From: Eledone cirrhosa
Taxonomy: Eukaryota
Reading direction: 5' to 3'
DNA: 64,000 nucleotides
Assembly (NCBI GenBank): GCA_964016885.1
Contig: OZ024752.1
Location: forward strand, 26,350,001 to 26,414,000
Under the pieces are notes generated by a model that saw nothing but the letters and a program-made list of their open reading frames with translations, did no database searches and had not been told where the DNA came from. Below, piece by piece: positions 25,338 through 39,291 of the stretch; position 1 is the stretch's first letter, and the number at the start of each line of letters is the position of its first letter. The position numbers and the translations under genes are program-made.

Positions 25338-25647
25338 TTGTGTGTGTGTATATATATATTCATATATATATAAGAACAGATTAAAATTTAAGCAAAGAAT
25401 CGCTGCTTTCAACATTAACGGGATCGTCTGAAACTAAAAAAATTAATCTGTGAACGCAGAGTAAATATTTCGAGAAACGTTGCAACCGAAGGAAAATAGG
25501 AAGACGATACTTTGATTCGTGAAGACGTTCCCTGGCAATGAACGGGAAAAAAGCGAGGGTAATACGTCGTTATGTGGACCGAGAAGAACAATTTCATGCA
25601 AAGTCAAGACCAAGTTTATGGTATAAATGGAGTCGTTAGACTAATAT

Positions 25648-25828
25648 TCTACTTAAAAAAAACGAATGATTTCCAGCCCCGGAGTTTAAGAATGATGTAA
25701 ATAAAATTGTAAACGAAAACGACAGAGGTTATTAAAATAGTAAAAGTAAATAGTGAAGATTTAGGCCAGTACATACGTATGCGCCAACGGACATACACAT
25801 ACATATGCATACGCACACACAAATACAT

Positions 25829-25864
<36 letters not shown>

Positions 25865-26306
25865 ATGCACGTGCGTGTGTGTGTAAGTCTTATGCATTTC
25901 TACAGTATTTTCACCAAACTTAAGATATAGGTTACTTATGTACTCCGGATGGTCATGGGCACTTTCATTTTTCCAGATATTGATTATAGGGCCTCCCGGC
26001 AGATAACCCCCTTCAACCGCTTCCTTGGAGTCGACTGAAGCACTGCAATGCAATGCAATAAAACGTCTTAACTTCTGGAGTTCGCAACCGATTTTCACAA
26101 AACTTGACACATTGGCTACGTTTGTTCTACAGATGAATGTGAATTGTCACATATTGAGTAGGGAAGCCCTGGGGTCAGGAACCCCCTTTGGGAAAAAGCC
26201 GATGATTTTGTAAAAGTATAGTTTTCGAAGCAGCACTAAAGTATTGACATAAGTGGTATACGTAACTGCTATTTAATACCCGAGTAACGCCGGGTGCTTC
26301 TGCTAG
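25648..26306 (+). mobile_element. Non-autonomous Helitron-like element
   Basis: 3' hairpin 'acccg agtaacgc cgggt' about 8 nt before CTAG followed by T; internal (CA)n; 5' boundary uncertain. Confidence 0.6.
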
Positions 26307-26337
26307 TATATATATATATATTTATTTATATTTATAT

Positions 26338-26388
26338 AGTTTCAGAAGATCCCGTTAAGGGTGAAAGCAGCGATTCTTTGCTTAAACT
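26338..26388 (+). ncRNA. Type I hammerhead-like motif with variant core CAGAAGA (family B)
   Basis: agttt-CAGAAGA-tccc/gggt-GAAA-gca/tgc-TT-aaact. Also at 36351-36401(-), 36814-36864(+), 54928-54978(-) and 25385-25435(-). Confidence 0.65.
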
Positions 26389-26413
26389 TTAATCTGTTAT
26401 TTTAATAAATATA

Positions 26414-26640
<227 letters not shown>

Positions 26641-26699
26641 TTATATATATATATTTATATATATTTATATATATATATTTATATATATTTATATATATA

Positions 26700-26737
<38 letters not shown>

Positions 26738-26955
26738 TATATATTTAATACATTAACAGAGAAAGCTTTAAGCAATACTCCGACCGGCTTCCGTCTCACT
26801 CAACAAACATTAGGATATACCTTAGTATAATCCCAATTATACGTTTGGGGTGCTAACTATACGTATTTTGCGGATAGCCAGATGTATTATTTTATATGAG
26901 ACATAATTAAAATACATTTATCTTTCCATTATATATATATATATATATATATATA

Positions 26956-27774
26956 GCGAAGGAAAAGTGGTAAGGAACCAGGTGGACCATAACGCACCAA
27001 AGTACTCAATACTTAGGGTAGTAGAGTGGGTAATAGGAGTAAGTAAGACCCCGACGGCTGAGCTCAAGCCGTTTCGACGGCTAATTCTGTACTGAATGAA
27101 AAATCAGTTCTGGTATTTAAATAGCCGAACTTGTCAAGGTGCAATTCCATATATGGTCAAAGAGATAATCACCAGGATTGGTCATCCCGCAAGGTAGTAG
27201 TAATTCTGCGATGGCAAGCTGGTGGGGGAGGTAGCCAAACCTGCCAGTAGGAGAAAAGGGGAGAGGGGGCGGAGTAGACCCATTCATGCGTTGGTGGTGC
27301 CAGCTACAGCTGGGTGTGAGGTCAAAGAGGACGCCGGGGAGGGGGAGGGGGAGGAGGTCAAAACGGTAAGTAGAACGATGAAAATGTAAAACTGTAAAAG
27401 GTACTGAGAGAGAAAAGAAATATAAGCAGAATCTGGTTACTAAGACTTAATTCTCTCGCTATTGCTAGGCTGAAGAAATACGTCCTCTTTGACCTCACAC
27501 CCAGCTGTAGCTGGCACCACCAACGCATGAATGGGTCTACTCCGCCCCCTCTCCTCTTTTCTCCTACTGGCAGGTTCGGCTACCTCCCCCACCAGCTTGC
27601 CATCGCAGAATTACTACTACCTTGCGGGATGACCAATCCTGGTGATTATCTCTTTGACCATATATGGAATTGCCCCTTGACAAGTTCGGTTATTTAAATA
27701 CCAGAACTGATTTTTCATTCAGTACAGAATTAGCCGTCGAAACGGCTTGAGCTCAGCCGTCGGGGTCTTACTTA

Positions 27775-27778
<4 letters not shown>
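26956..27778. mobile_element. Long HHR family A element with about 300-bp inverted arms
   Basis: About 27037-27333 is the reverse complement of 27481-27777; family tail at 26956-27035 (minus); (TA)n on both sides. Confidence 0.88.
27672..27766 (+). ncRNA. Type I hammerhead ribozyme with U3-A8 core (family A)
   Basis: gcccc-TTGACAA-g..cggtta...tagccgtc-GAAA-cggct/agccg-TC-ggggt; mirror copy at 27048-27142(-). Confidence 0.75.
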
Positions 27779-27825
<47 letters not shown>

Positions 27826-27829
27826 TTCT

Positions 27830-27867
27830 GTCATCTGATGAAGGACTAGCGTCCGAAACGTTAAGAC
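27830..27867 (+). ncRNA. Minimal type I hammerhead (family C)
   Basis: gtcat-CTGATGA-a-ggac/gtcc-GAAA-cg-TT-aagac. The downstream tail recurs at 48497-48597 and 24145-24198. Confidence 0.7.
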
Positions 27868-28443
27868 TCTCTTCCTGCTATATTAAGCGTTAACCTAATA
27901 TATCCCTTCCACATACTGTACCGATTGTGTTGTTATTTCTGTTTACCTTTTACATGTATATATGTAAATACATATGAATATTTTCCCCACGAAGATGAAT
28001 GGCAGAGCATCACAGTTAAATAAAGTTTGTATACCTTGAAGCGAATTAAATATTTCTAGCCCTGTATGTATTATGTGTGTGTGTAAAAAGCGAACCGGAA
28101 GATGTAGCGCGAACTCGATATCTTACAAATAGCGTATTTGTCTTGTTACATAGACACCACTTTTATCTCGCCGTCTCTCTCTTGTTTATGTTGCTTAATT
28201 ATAAGGGCTATTAGAGACATTTCCCTGTCTGCCATGGCTTACCAACTCTAGATGGATGTTTAAACTGAGTAAATAAGTAAATAATAGATAATAGAGAGAA
28301 AGGGAGAGTGAAAGAGAACTCCAGAAGCAACAATGGAGGTAGAAAAGTGTGTGTATATATGTGGAGATTGTCTATTACAGTCAGTGTGTGCGTTGAACCG
28401 TGACTTTATCTGACGGATTATTGTGTATCTGTGTGATGTGTGT

Positions 28444-28480
<37 letters not shown>

Positions 28481-28526
28481 CGTACATACATACATACATA
28501 CATACATACATACATACATACATACA

Positions 28527-28557
<31 letters not shown>

Positions 28558-28742
28558 GTGTGTGCGTGTATCAATATGTTTATATACCTATGGATATATT
28601 ACAATTTTCACCATGTTACATCCACTTTTGCGTTCTGGCATGGGTTAATTATAAATATACAGACGAAACGCAAGTGTTCTTTTGCCATTGCCTATACTAA
28701 ACCGGAAACTTTTTGACTTCAGACAGAATAAACTCCTATTTG

Positions 28743-28932
28743 GCGGTGGATTGGCAGTATCGGTAGAGGGTAGGACGCCATGCTTTGCAGCAAAGAGTCA
28801 CGGCCCTTGCCATTCTGAGTTCAAATCCTGCCGATGTTAACTTTGCCTTTCATCCTTACGGGGTCGATAAAATAAAGTACCAGTAATGCACTGGGTAATT
28901 GCTGGCCTTGTGCCAAAAAGTAGAAACAATTA
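28743..28932 (+). mobile_element. Full-length Meta-like SINE
   Basis: Family head, B-box, central domain and tail. Confidence 0.9.
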
Positions 28933-29084
28933 TATAAGAACACACAAAACACGCACACACGCACACAGGCACGCACACACACATACGCATACCCCCCCCC
29001 CCACATATTTATTATAAGTACAGATTAAAGTTTAATCAAAGAATCGGTGCTTTCAACCTTAACATTTATTATTACTATATATGT

Positions 29085-29119
<35 letters not shown>

Positions 29120-29226
29120 CAAGAACCACACATATATATATATATACAAGAACCACATACACACACATGAACACTCTCACGCTACTCCTATATATCATCT
29201 GTTCACAGCTAACAATCTATGTGGTT

Positions 29227-29262
<36 letters not shown>

Positions 29263-29659
29263 TTGGTTTCCTATTCACCCAATACGTTCTTCAAACAGTA
29301 ATCTCTCATTTCTGTTCTTCCTTCTCGAAGAATTAGATTAATAAATCCACCTATTTAATTTATTACGTAATTACCTAGTTACAAAATACTTGATTTCTGC
29401 TTATACATCGTTATTACATAAGCCAGCGCATCCACTAATCAACTAACTGACTTTGCCTTTCATCCTTACGGGGTCGATAAAATAAAGTACCAGTAATGCA
29501 CTGGTTAATTGCTGACCTTGTGCCTAAAGTAGAAACAATTACTACTATTAGCATCATCATAAGTATACCATCACCATCGCCATCGCCTTCGTTTTACTAT
29601 CATGCGTAATACATCAGTTGGACAGTTAAAAAAATCATAAACTTTTTTACTAACTTCAT

Positions 29660-30525
29660 AATATGCTGATCCGTGTGACATGCTGATCAACACCATAAAA
29701 CTCATGCCATAATATATGGTGATCAGTATCTGAATATATGTTGACTTACATCAGAGGCGTGTAACAGGCGGCCCACGGGCCACAATCCGGCTCGCCAGAC
29801 TGGTCTGAGCGGCCCGCGATGACCGTTTTTAATTTTTACCTTGTAGGCTTATTTAGAATTTTCTTAGTAACAGTAATACAATTTTCTGTTAGTTGACCTA
29901 TACTAAAGGGCTTCAGTAATAGGGTTATGTGTGTTATAATTTCCCAGTTCCATGTTATTTGTCTTTATTGTTTAAAAATGTATTCACATTGTATTTATGA
30001 GTCAATTCACTAGTTTTCATTAGATTACATATTTTTGATAGTGAGTGGCCCTAATAGTTGTTCCAATATTCAAAAGTGGCCCGCCAATAGAATATGTTGC
30101 ACACCCCTGACTTACATCATAACATATTGATCAACATCTTAATACATGTTGATTCGCGTCATAACATGTTGCTCAAAGTCAAAACATATGTTGAGCCCCC
30201 GTCAAAACCCGTGTTGATGAAAATGTTAATATATGATGATCAGTATCTGAATATATGTTGACTTACATCATAACATGTTGATCAACATTTTAATTCATGT
30301 TGATTCGCGTCATAACATGTTGCTCAAAGTCAAAACATACTTTGAACCCCGTCAAAACCTGTGTTGATTAACATTTTAATATATATTCATTGAAGGATTA
30401 ACGTATGTTGATCCACTACATAACATAGATTTATCAACTACAATATGTTTTGATTCACGATATAACGTGTTGATCTATGTCTAGGTTAAAACATCCGTTG
30501 GTCCACGCTATAATATCTGTTGATG
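29660..30525. repeat. Degenerate minisatellite of about 20-22 bp ('catgttgatcaacatcataa')
   Basis: Periodic 'atgttgat'; a second array lies at 33700-34065. Confidence 0.75.
29752..30109. mobile_element. hAT-type MITE
   Basis: TIRs cagaggcgtgtaaca / tgttgcacacccctg; 8-bp TSD acttacat at 29744-29751 and 30110-30117. Confidence 0.88.
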
Positions 30526-30641
30526 GAGAATCGATTTACTAAATTGGTCAGGCCGTCATTAGTTAAATAGATTTCTTCTTCTTAATTATAATAAAAAATA
30601 CTTTTTTCAATAACTTTTACATGGCACTGAAATTGGGAAGG

Positions 30642-30735
<94 letters not shown>

Positions 30736-30810
30736 CATATGTATATATGTATATATGCATATGTGTATATATATATATATATATATAAATATGTATGTAT
30801 GTATGTATGT

Positions 30811-33043
30811 ATAAAGTAAAGCAATGCCTGTGCCACGAAGCTTTTATAGTGAGCAAAGGCACTGCACAAAGCCAGTCCCACTCTCTTAACCAAGATGATA
30901 TTTACCAAAAAGAAGAACAAGTCAACATCATTGGATACCATCAGGGTTGCAGGTGTTATATCAGAGTTTTCCTTCTCCTAGAATTCTGCCTTGACAAAAG
31001 CTAAGGAGTCATCTCTCCCGGTGATTTTGGATGGCCATTGACTCTTAAGAGTTCCTTTGGAGATCTCTCTGCACTTGTCGTCACAGGGTACAATGGGCCC
31101 AGCACTATGTGTCAGTAATTGTCACAAGTGTAGTGTTTGTACCAGAGTTTTCAAGTCGCTGGCTGGACTAAAAAGTCACACTCGTTCAGCGCATCGGTAG
31201 GGGTTCTCCTACATGGATATAAAGTAGTGGCCGTACTCGAAAACGAGTTGGCAGCCACCATGTGTGTATGTATGTATATATGTAGGTATGTATGTGTATA
31301 TGTAGGTATGTATGTATATATGTAGGTATGTATGTGTATATGTAGGTATGTATGTATATATGTAGGTATGTATGTGTATATGTAGGTATGTATGTATATA
31401 TGTAGGTATGTATGTGTGTATATAGGTATGTAGGTATATATGTATATATGTAGGTATGTATGTGCAACCCCACCAAGGTTTCTTGGTGAGGAGGGTGACT
31501 TTGGACATCCTGCAGGATTAAAAACAAAATCTGTCAAAGGGAAAAGGAGCTCTTAAGAGTCAATGGCCATCCAAAATCACCGGGAGAGATGACCCCTTAG
31601 CCTTTGTCAAGGCAGAATTCTAGGAGAAGGAAAACTCTGATATAGCACCTGCAACCCTGATGGTATCCAATGATGTTGACTTGTTCTTCTTTTTGGTAAA
31701 TATCATCTTGGTTAAGAGAGTGGGACTGGCTTTGTGCAGTGCCTTTGATCACTATAAAAGCTTCAGGGCACAGGCATTGCTTTATATCTGGAGATCTCTC
31801 TGTACTTGTCGTCACATGGTACCATGGGCCCAGCACTATGTGTCAATAATTGTCACAGGTGTAGTGTTTGTACCAGAGTTTTTCAAGTCGCTGGCTGGAC
31901 TAAAAAGTCACACTCGTTCAGCGCATCAGTAGGGGTTCTCCTACATGGATATAAAGTAGTGGCCGTACTCGTAAACGAGTTGGAAGCCACCATGTATGTA
32001 TGTATGTAGAGAGAGAGATGACCCCTTAGCCTTTGTCAAGGCAGAATTCTAGGAGAAGGAAAACTCTGATATAACAACTGCAACCCTGATGGTATCCAAT
32101 GATGTTGACTTGTTCTTCTTTTTGGTAAATATCATCTAGGTTAAAAGCTTCACGGCACAGGCATTGCTTTATATCTGGAGATCTCTCTGCACTTGTCATC
32201 ACAGGGTACAATGGGCCCAGCACTATGTGTCGGTAATTGTCACAAGTGTAGTGTTTGTACCAGAGTTTTCAAGTCGTTGACTGAACTAAAAAGTCACACT
32301 CGTTCTGTGCATCAGTAGGGGTTCTCCTACATGGATATAAAGTAATGGCCGTACTCGAAAACGAGTTGACAGCCACCATGTATGTATGTATGGATGTTTG
32401 TATGTATGTATGTATGTATGTATGTATGTATGTATGTCAGGTCACCAGTTGGTGCTACTGGTAACATGTATCCCAGTACAACCTGTCTCATGGTCGGGTC
32501 GTTGGCGACTAAACTGGCAACCCCACCAAGGTTTCTTGGTGAGGTGGGTGACTTTGGACATCCTGCAGGACTAAAAACAAAACCTGTCAAAGGGCAAAGG
32601 AGCTCTTAAGAGTCAATGGCCATCCAAAATCACCGGGAGAGATGACCCCTTAGCCTTTGTCAAGGCAGAATTCTAGGAGAAGGAAAACTCTGATATAACA
32701 CCTGCAACCCTGATGGTATCCAATGATGTTGACTTGTTCTTCTTTTTGGTAAATATCATCTTGGTTAAGAGAGTGGGACTGGCTTTGTGCAGTGCCTTTG
32801 CTCACTATAAAAGCTTCACGGCACAGGCATTGCTTTATATCTGGAGATCTCTCTGCACTTGTCGTCACATGGTACCATGGGCCCAGCACTCTGTGCCAAT
32901 AATTGTCACAAGTATAGTGTTTGTACCATAGTTTTCAAGTCGCTGGGTGGACTAAAAAGTCACACTCGTTCAGCGCATCGGTAGGGGTTCTCCTACATGG
33001 ATATAAAGTAGTGGCCGTACTCGAAAACGAGTTGGCAGCCACC
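30811..33043 (+). mobile_element. Chain of four RTE-derived (TATG)n elements (30811-31259 with 5' inversion, 31464-31991, 32013-32377, 32437-33043)
   Basis: Each ends 'agccacc(atgt)n' and starts inside the previous copy's tail. Confidence 0.88.
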
Positions 33044-33699
33044 ATGTATGTATGTATGTATGTATGTATGTATGTGTATATTTTCTTCTTTTCGGGTTAT
33101 AGCTACTGTCGCTCGGAGAGTGGGATTGGCTCAGTGCTCAGTCTTCCCTCATTTAAAAAGATATCTTCATGCACAGGCATTGCACGATAGAATTAATTAA
33201 TAATTATTAATAATGGTATATCGTGCAATGGCCATACTCGATAACGAGGGGGCAGCCATCATGTGTATATATATGTATATGTATAGATACGAATGTACAT
33301 ATAGGCATATATATATCTATGTATTGTATATATGTGTGTATGTATGTGAGTGAGAGAAAGAGAGAATGGAGAATATATTATCGTTTACCGGAAATAAAGA
33401 AACAGTTATGGTTTCCAAATGAGCAGATACCTTCTTGAAACGGATATCTCTCCTCACAGTTCTTCCTTTCATAAGAATTTTTGTAATAAATTCAGCTATT
33501 TAGTTATTAGTTATTTTGCAAATAATTAGCTATTTACAATTTAACCAGATTGGTACATTTATAAATTCATAAATCAGTACCAACTTCGCCACCACCACTA
33601 CTAATACTAACATCACCATCATCAACAGACCATCAGCATCATCACTATCAACACTATCACGATCGTTACGATACAATTATGCGTACTAGATGAGCATAT

Positions 33700-34065
33700 C
33701 GTAGTCATAACATGGTTAATTAACGTCATATCAAGTTGATCCTTGTCACATTTTGATCAACGTCATAACATATTTTGATACATGTCATAATATATTTGAA
33801 ATAACATCTTAATGTTGATCCCCTTTATAATAAGTGTTGGTTCATATCATAACATGTTGCCCTACGTGGAAACATGTTGATTCACATCATGGAACATGTT
33901 GATCAACATAGTATATGTTGATCCACATGATGCCATATGTTGATTCCCGTCATGGCATATGTTGAACTAGGTTCTAATATAGAACAATTTAATATCTGTA
34001 TATACACATCTACGACATGATGTCTATTGATTCATGTTATGACATATGTTGATAGGTATCATAAC
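33700..34065. repeat. Degenerate minisatellite of about 20-22 bp
   Basis: Periodic 'atgttgat' units like 29660-30525. Confidence 0.7.
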
Positions 34066-34787
34066 CTCTGATGAAGAGTTACAACAGAGGCAAACAAAGA
34101 ATTGAATAAATTACTGTGAATGAATATTTTAAGAGCAAACCTATTCGAGCGATTTTTCTTTTACAATTTGCAAAATCAATATTGTTGGATTGAACGGTTT
34201 GTTGTTTTTAGTTACTATTTATTGCGATCGATAAAATAAGTTGAATCAAGTACTAGTTCTAACTAATCAATCTATATCTTTCCCAAAATCTGCTTTCGTT
34301 TCTCTCTACGCTAGAAATCGGACACCGAATTGGCAGAGTCGTTAGAACGTCGGATAGGATTCCTTGTAGTAGTATTTGTTTTGACTTTCTGCTATCTAAG
34401 TTCGAATCTCGCCTAGTGCTGATGTCGATTCTTCCTCTATATCCTTTCTCACTTACATTCTCTCACTTTCGCTATCTCGGAGAAAAATCTGCTCTATTCA
34501 GACCTGGTGCGGATTGGGTACCGTCTGATTTAAAAATGCCTTAGTGACGTTGTATGACAATACGGCACCGCTGCGACTCCTCCAGGGCCATATCATGCCA
34601 TGCCATGCCATATTAGAAATAATTGGCTATCATGCATATATAACTAAGTGCTTATTCTATTATTCTGTCAGTGCTATCAGCTGTAAGACAGAAATACAGA
34701 ATGCCTTCGGTGGTGCAACGCAGTGAGGCCGAACAGAAACCAAATGTTTGCGAAGTGATCTCCCAAACCACATAGCTACGCTAGCGC

Positions 34788-35925
<1,138 letters not shown>

Positions 35926-36181
35926 AGGCAAATTAAAGATACACCTCCCGCCTATGCGGATTTAACTGCCCCACTATGAGGCTGCTTCTCAGAGTAGGTT
36001 TCTCAGTTGTCTTAATGACAGAAATCCTCATTTATTCATCTAGAGCAGCGTGAAATAAAGAGTGTTATTTATATATGTATATATATATATTTATATATAT
36101 ATATACATACATATATATATATACATACTACTGTACGTCTGTATACATATATGTATGTACGTGTACATACTTACATACTTA

Positions 36182-36220
<39 letters not shown>

Positions 36221-36224
<4 letters not shown>

Positions 36225-36974
36225 ATAATAATAAATTTGAAGACTAAAATCCAAAGAGGGCTCGATAAGGATAAATATATATCAGATATATAAGAAACGT
36301 AGAGCAATATTTATATATGTATATATATATTTATTAAAATAACAGATTAAAGTTTAAGCAAAGAATCGCTGCTTTCACCCTTAACGGGATCTTCTGAAAC
36401 TAACAAAGTCAATCTGTAAACGCAGAACTGGATATTTCAAAAAACGTTGCAATCGGAGGAAGACAGGAAGACGATACTTTGGTTCATGGTGACGTTCGCT
36501 GGCAAAGAACGGGAAAAAACGAATAATACGTCATTAATAGGAGCGGTGAAAAACAATTACGTGCAAGGACAGAACCACGTTTATGGTATAAAAGAGGTCG
36601 TAGACTAATGTTCTCTAAGTGGTGCATAGAGACGTTCTCTGGCAATGAACGAAAAAACGAAGATAATAAGTCATATGTGGAGCGTGGAGAAACGCTCCAC
36701 ATATGACTTATTATCTTCGTTTTTTCCATGAACCAAAGTATCGTCTTCCTGTCTTCCTCCGGTTGCAGCGTTTTTTGAAATATCCAGTTCTGTGTTTACA
36801 GATTGACTTTGTTAGTTTTAGAAGATCCCGTTAAGGGTGAAAGCAGCGATTCTTTGCTTAAACTTTAATCTGTTATTTTAATAAATATTTGCTCTTCGGT
36901 TCTTATATCTTTGATATATATTTTCCTTATCGAGCCCTCTCTGGATTTTAGTCTTCAATTTTATTATTATTACT
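36221..36974. mobile_element. HHR family B fold-back element
   Basis: 36221-36489 is about the reverse complement of 36726-36974; inner hairpin at 36653-36725; uninverted homolog at 54818-55275. Confidence 0.88.
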
Positions 36975-37586
36975 ATATGTATATATATATATATATATAC
37001 TATATTTTGTATATATATACGTATATATACACAATATAATGTATCATAATCTATAAAGCTCAGTGTGTGGTCATGCTCCTTTCTTATAGAAATCTACTAT
37101 ATAGAATTTCTTCAATTGAAATTTACAATTCAGTATTCGAAATAGTTTCGATTGCGCCTTGGCACATCTCATTTTTTCAATTTCACCCACAATTACGCAA
37201 AAAATAGATAAAACTCAATATTTTACGATTTTTCTCTGTCATTTAAACTGCTAAACTCTTTCCACTACCATTCAAAATCTATACAACTTTATACTTTCTG
37301 CTACTTTCTCTTTCCAAGCTTGATGGTGATACTGTCCGTATTACTCTGTCATATCATCTGTTTCCCTCTATCTACAACCCACACATTTTGCTACTTTCTC
37401 TTTTATACTTCAAATTATTACATTTCATACGAAACGACAATTATTCAAAAGCAACAGATACATTTATTCAACAACAAGCGATAAATCTTTTTTAAAACCT
37501 CTTTTCCAAACGCATACACACACACACTCACTCCAACAACAACAACAACAACAATCTGCCTTTTATAGATAATGATAAACAATAAT

Positions 37587-38045
37587 ATCCTCTATGAGGT
37601 CACTAAACCTGCTAGAAACAGCAGCTAACTCTCCCCCATATCACACCCCTCCCTACTGTCTTAAATTTAGAAAACATATCTTCTATGAGGTCACTAAACC
37701 TGCTAGAAACAGCAGCTAACTCTCCCCCATATCACACCACTCCCTACTGTCTTAAATTTAGAAAACACATATCCTCTATGAGGTTACTAAACCTGCTAGA
37801 AACAGCAGCTAACTCTCCCCCATATCACACCCATCCCTACTGTCTTAAATTTAGAAAACATATCCTCTATGAGGTCACTAAACCTGCTAGAAACAGCAGC
37901 TAACTCTCCTCCATATCACACCACTCCCTACTGTCTTAAATTTAGAAAACACATATCCTCTATGAGGTCACTAAACCTGCTAGAAACAACAGCTAAATCT
38001 CCCTCATATCACAACCCTCCCTACTGTCTTAAATTTAGAAAACAC
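37587..38045. repeat. Tandem repeat, about 93-bp unit x5
   Basis: 'ctatgaggtcactaaacctgctagaaacagcagctaactctccc...ccctactgtcttaaatttagaaaaca' five times. Confidence 0.95.
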
Positions 38046-38049
38046 ACAG

Positions 38050-38332
38050 ACAACCATGCAGAACAACTCCATCGCAGCTCTGTTGTTCGGCTGGCATCGT
38101 CTACGCGCGTGTTGCGCAAGTACTGTGAAACAATAAATTTCAACACTTTTTTGCACAGCGATAATATCCATAGGCGAAACTACAATTGTCACTGCTGGCG
38201 CAGCTTTTGCTTCCAGGTCTGCAATTCATTCACCCAGTGCCTGGCAGACAAAAAAGTGGTGCCATAAAATGGGTGGTGCAACCTAACTTTGGTAACTTAA
38301 TGACCCCGAGCAACGCCGGGCTTTAATGCTAG
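38050..38332 (+). mobile_element. Helitron-like 3' end
   Basis: 'cccgagcaacgccggg' hairpin followed by CTAG/T, the same terminus as 26278-26306. Confidence 0.55.
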
Positions 38333-38390
38333 TATATATATACAAAATATAATATAATATATATACAAAATATAATATAATATATGTATA

Positions 38391-38463
<73 letters not shown>

Positions 38464-39110
38464 ATATAATATAATATATATATATACAATATATAATATA
38501 ATATATATATACAAAATATAATGTATATATATATATATATATATAATGCTTCTTTATGGACGCGCATTTACGTATACCACTTTTTGTATTCGCTCAATAC
38601 ATATTCACCACACCACTGTCTATTATTCCAAACAAGAATACATATGCCAACGGCAGAATGAATTATTCTTTCTTATTTTTGCTCTTTCCGATGTCCTTTA
38701 TTTGTAAACACAATATAAACGAAACAAATGATATCTTAAGAGAAAGATAACAGCAATAACATCAACACAATATTTTGATAGAAGAATAGTGGACCCGTGG
38801 CGTCAATAATGACAGCAATCGTATTGATACTAACAGGATTGGTATAAGCTATGATATAAACTTTGGAAAATTGTGGCTTGATAAATTAATGGCTTTTAAA
38901 AGAGAAAACTTATAGTTTATGTTCATTAATGACAAATAAGAATGATATTTTAAATAATTTATTTCTTTGATATAATTACATAAATGTTCAGCAAACATCC
39001 AAATAACATAGAGGTTTAAATGTGTGAGTAATTTTGTATAAATACCTATTTATAGAAACAAATTTTGGGTTACAACCTAGGATTTAGTAATTATACATAC
39101 GTATATATAT

Positions 39111-39291
39111 AGAAAGGCCTCTACAGGACTGGAACTGTTTCATTCGGTAGAAAGCATCAGGAAGCAGCTGTCCAAGTAATATGCTGGTATTTATATTTAT
39201 ATGTAGAAGCCTTTCTATGTTAAATATTTATACTCCATCTATTGAGTACCTTAGTTAATGTGGTTACCCCCGATTGAACCCGGGATAAACT
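39111..39291 (+). mobile_element. HHR-type family K rearranged copy
   Basis: Shares 'ctacaggactggaactgtttcattcggtag' and the tail 'cccccgattgaacccgggataaac' with 20338-20517. Confidence 0.7.

Larger units (their letters stand above)
25372..26410. mobile_element. HHR family B inverted element interrupted by a Helitron-like insertion
   Basis: 25372-25650 matches 36335-36613; 26338-26410 is the opposite arm. Confidence 0.7.

Noticed and set aside
32437-32530. HDV-like or twister ribozyme at the 5' end of the RTE-derived element
   Set aside because: Partial stems are present (ccagt/actgg, gtcg/cgac), but I could not complete either pseudoknot by eye; it needs a covariance-model search.
34068-34100. 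CTGATGA hits (also near 19505 on the minus strand and at 49740)
   Set aside because: No properly spaced GAAA and no supporting helices.
37587-38045. Possible CRISPR-like array
   Set aside because: Units are near-identical along their whole length with no unique spacers; eukaryotic context and no cas genes.
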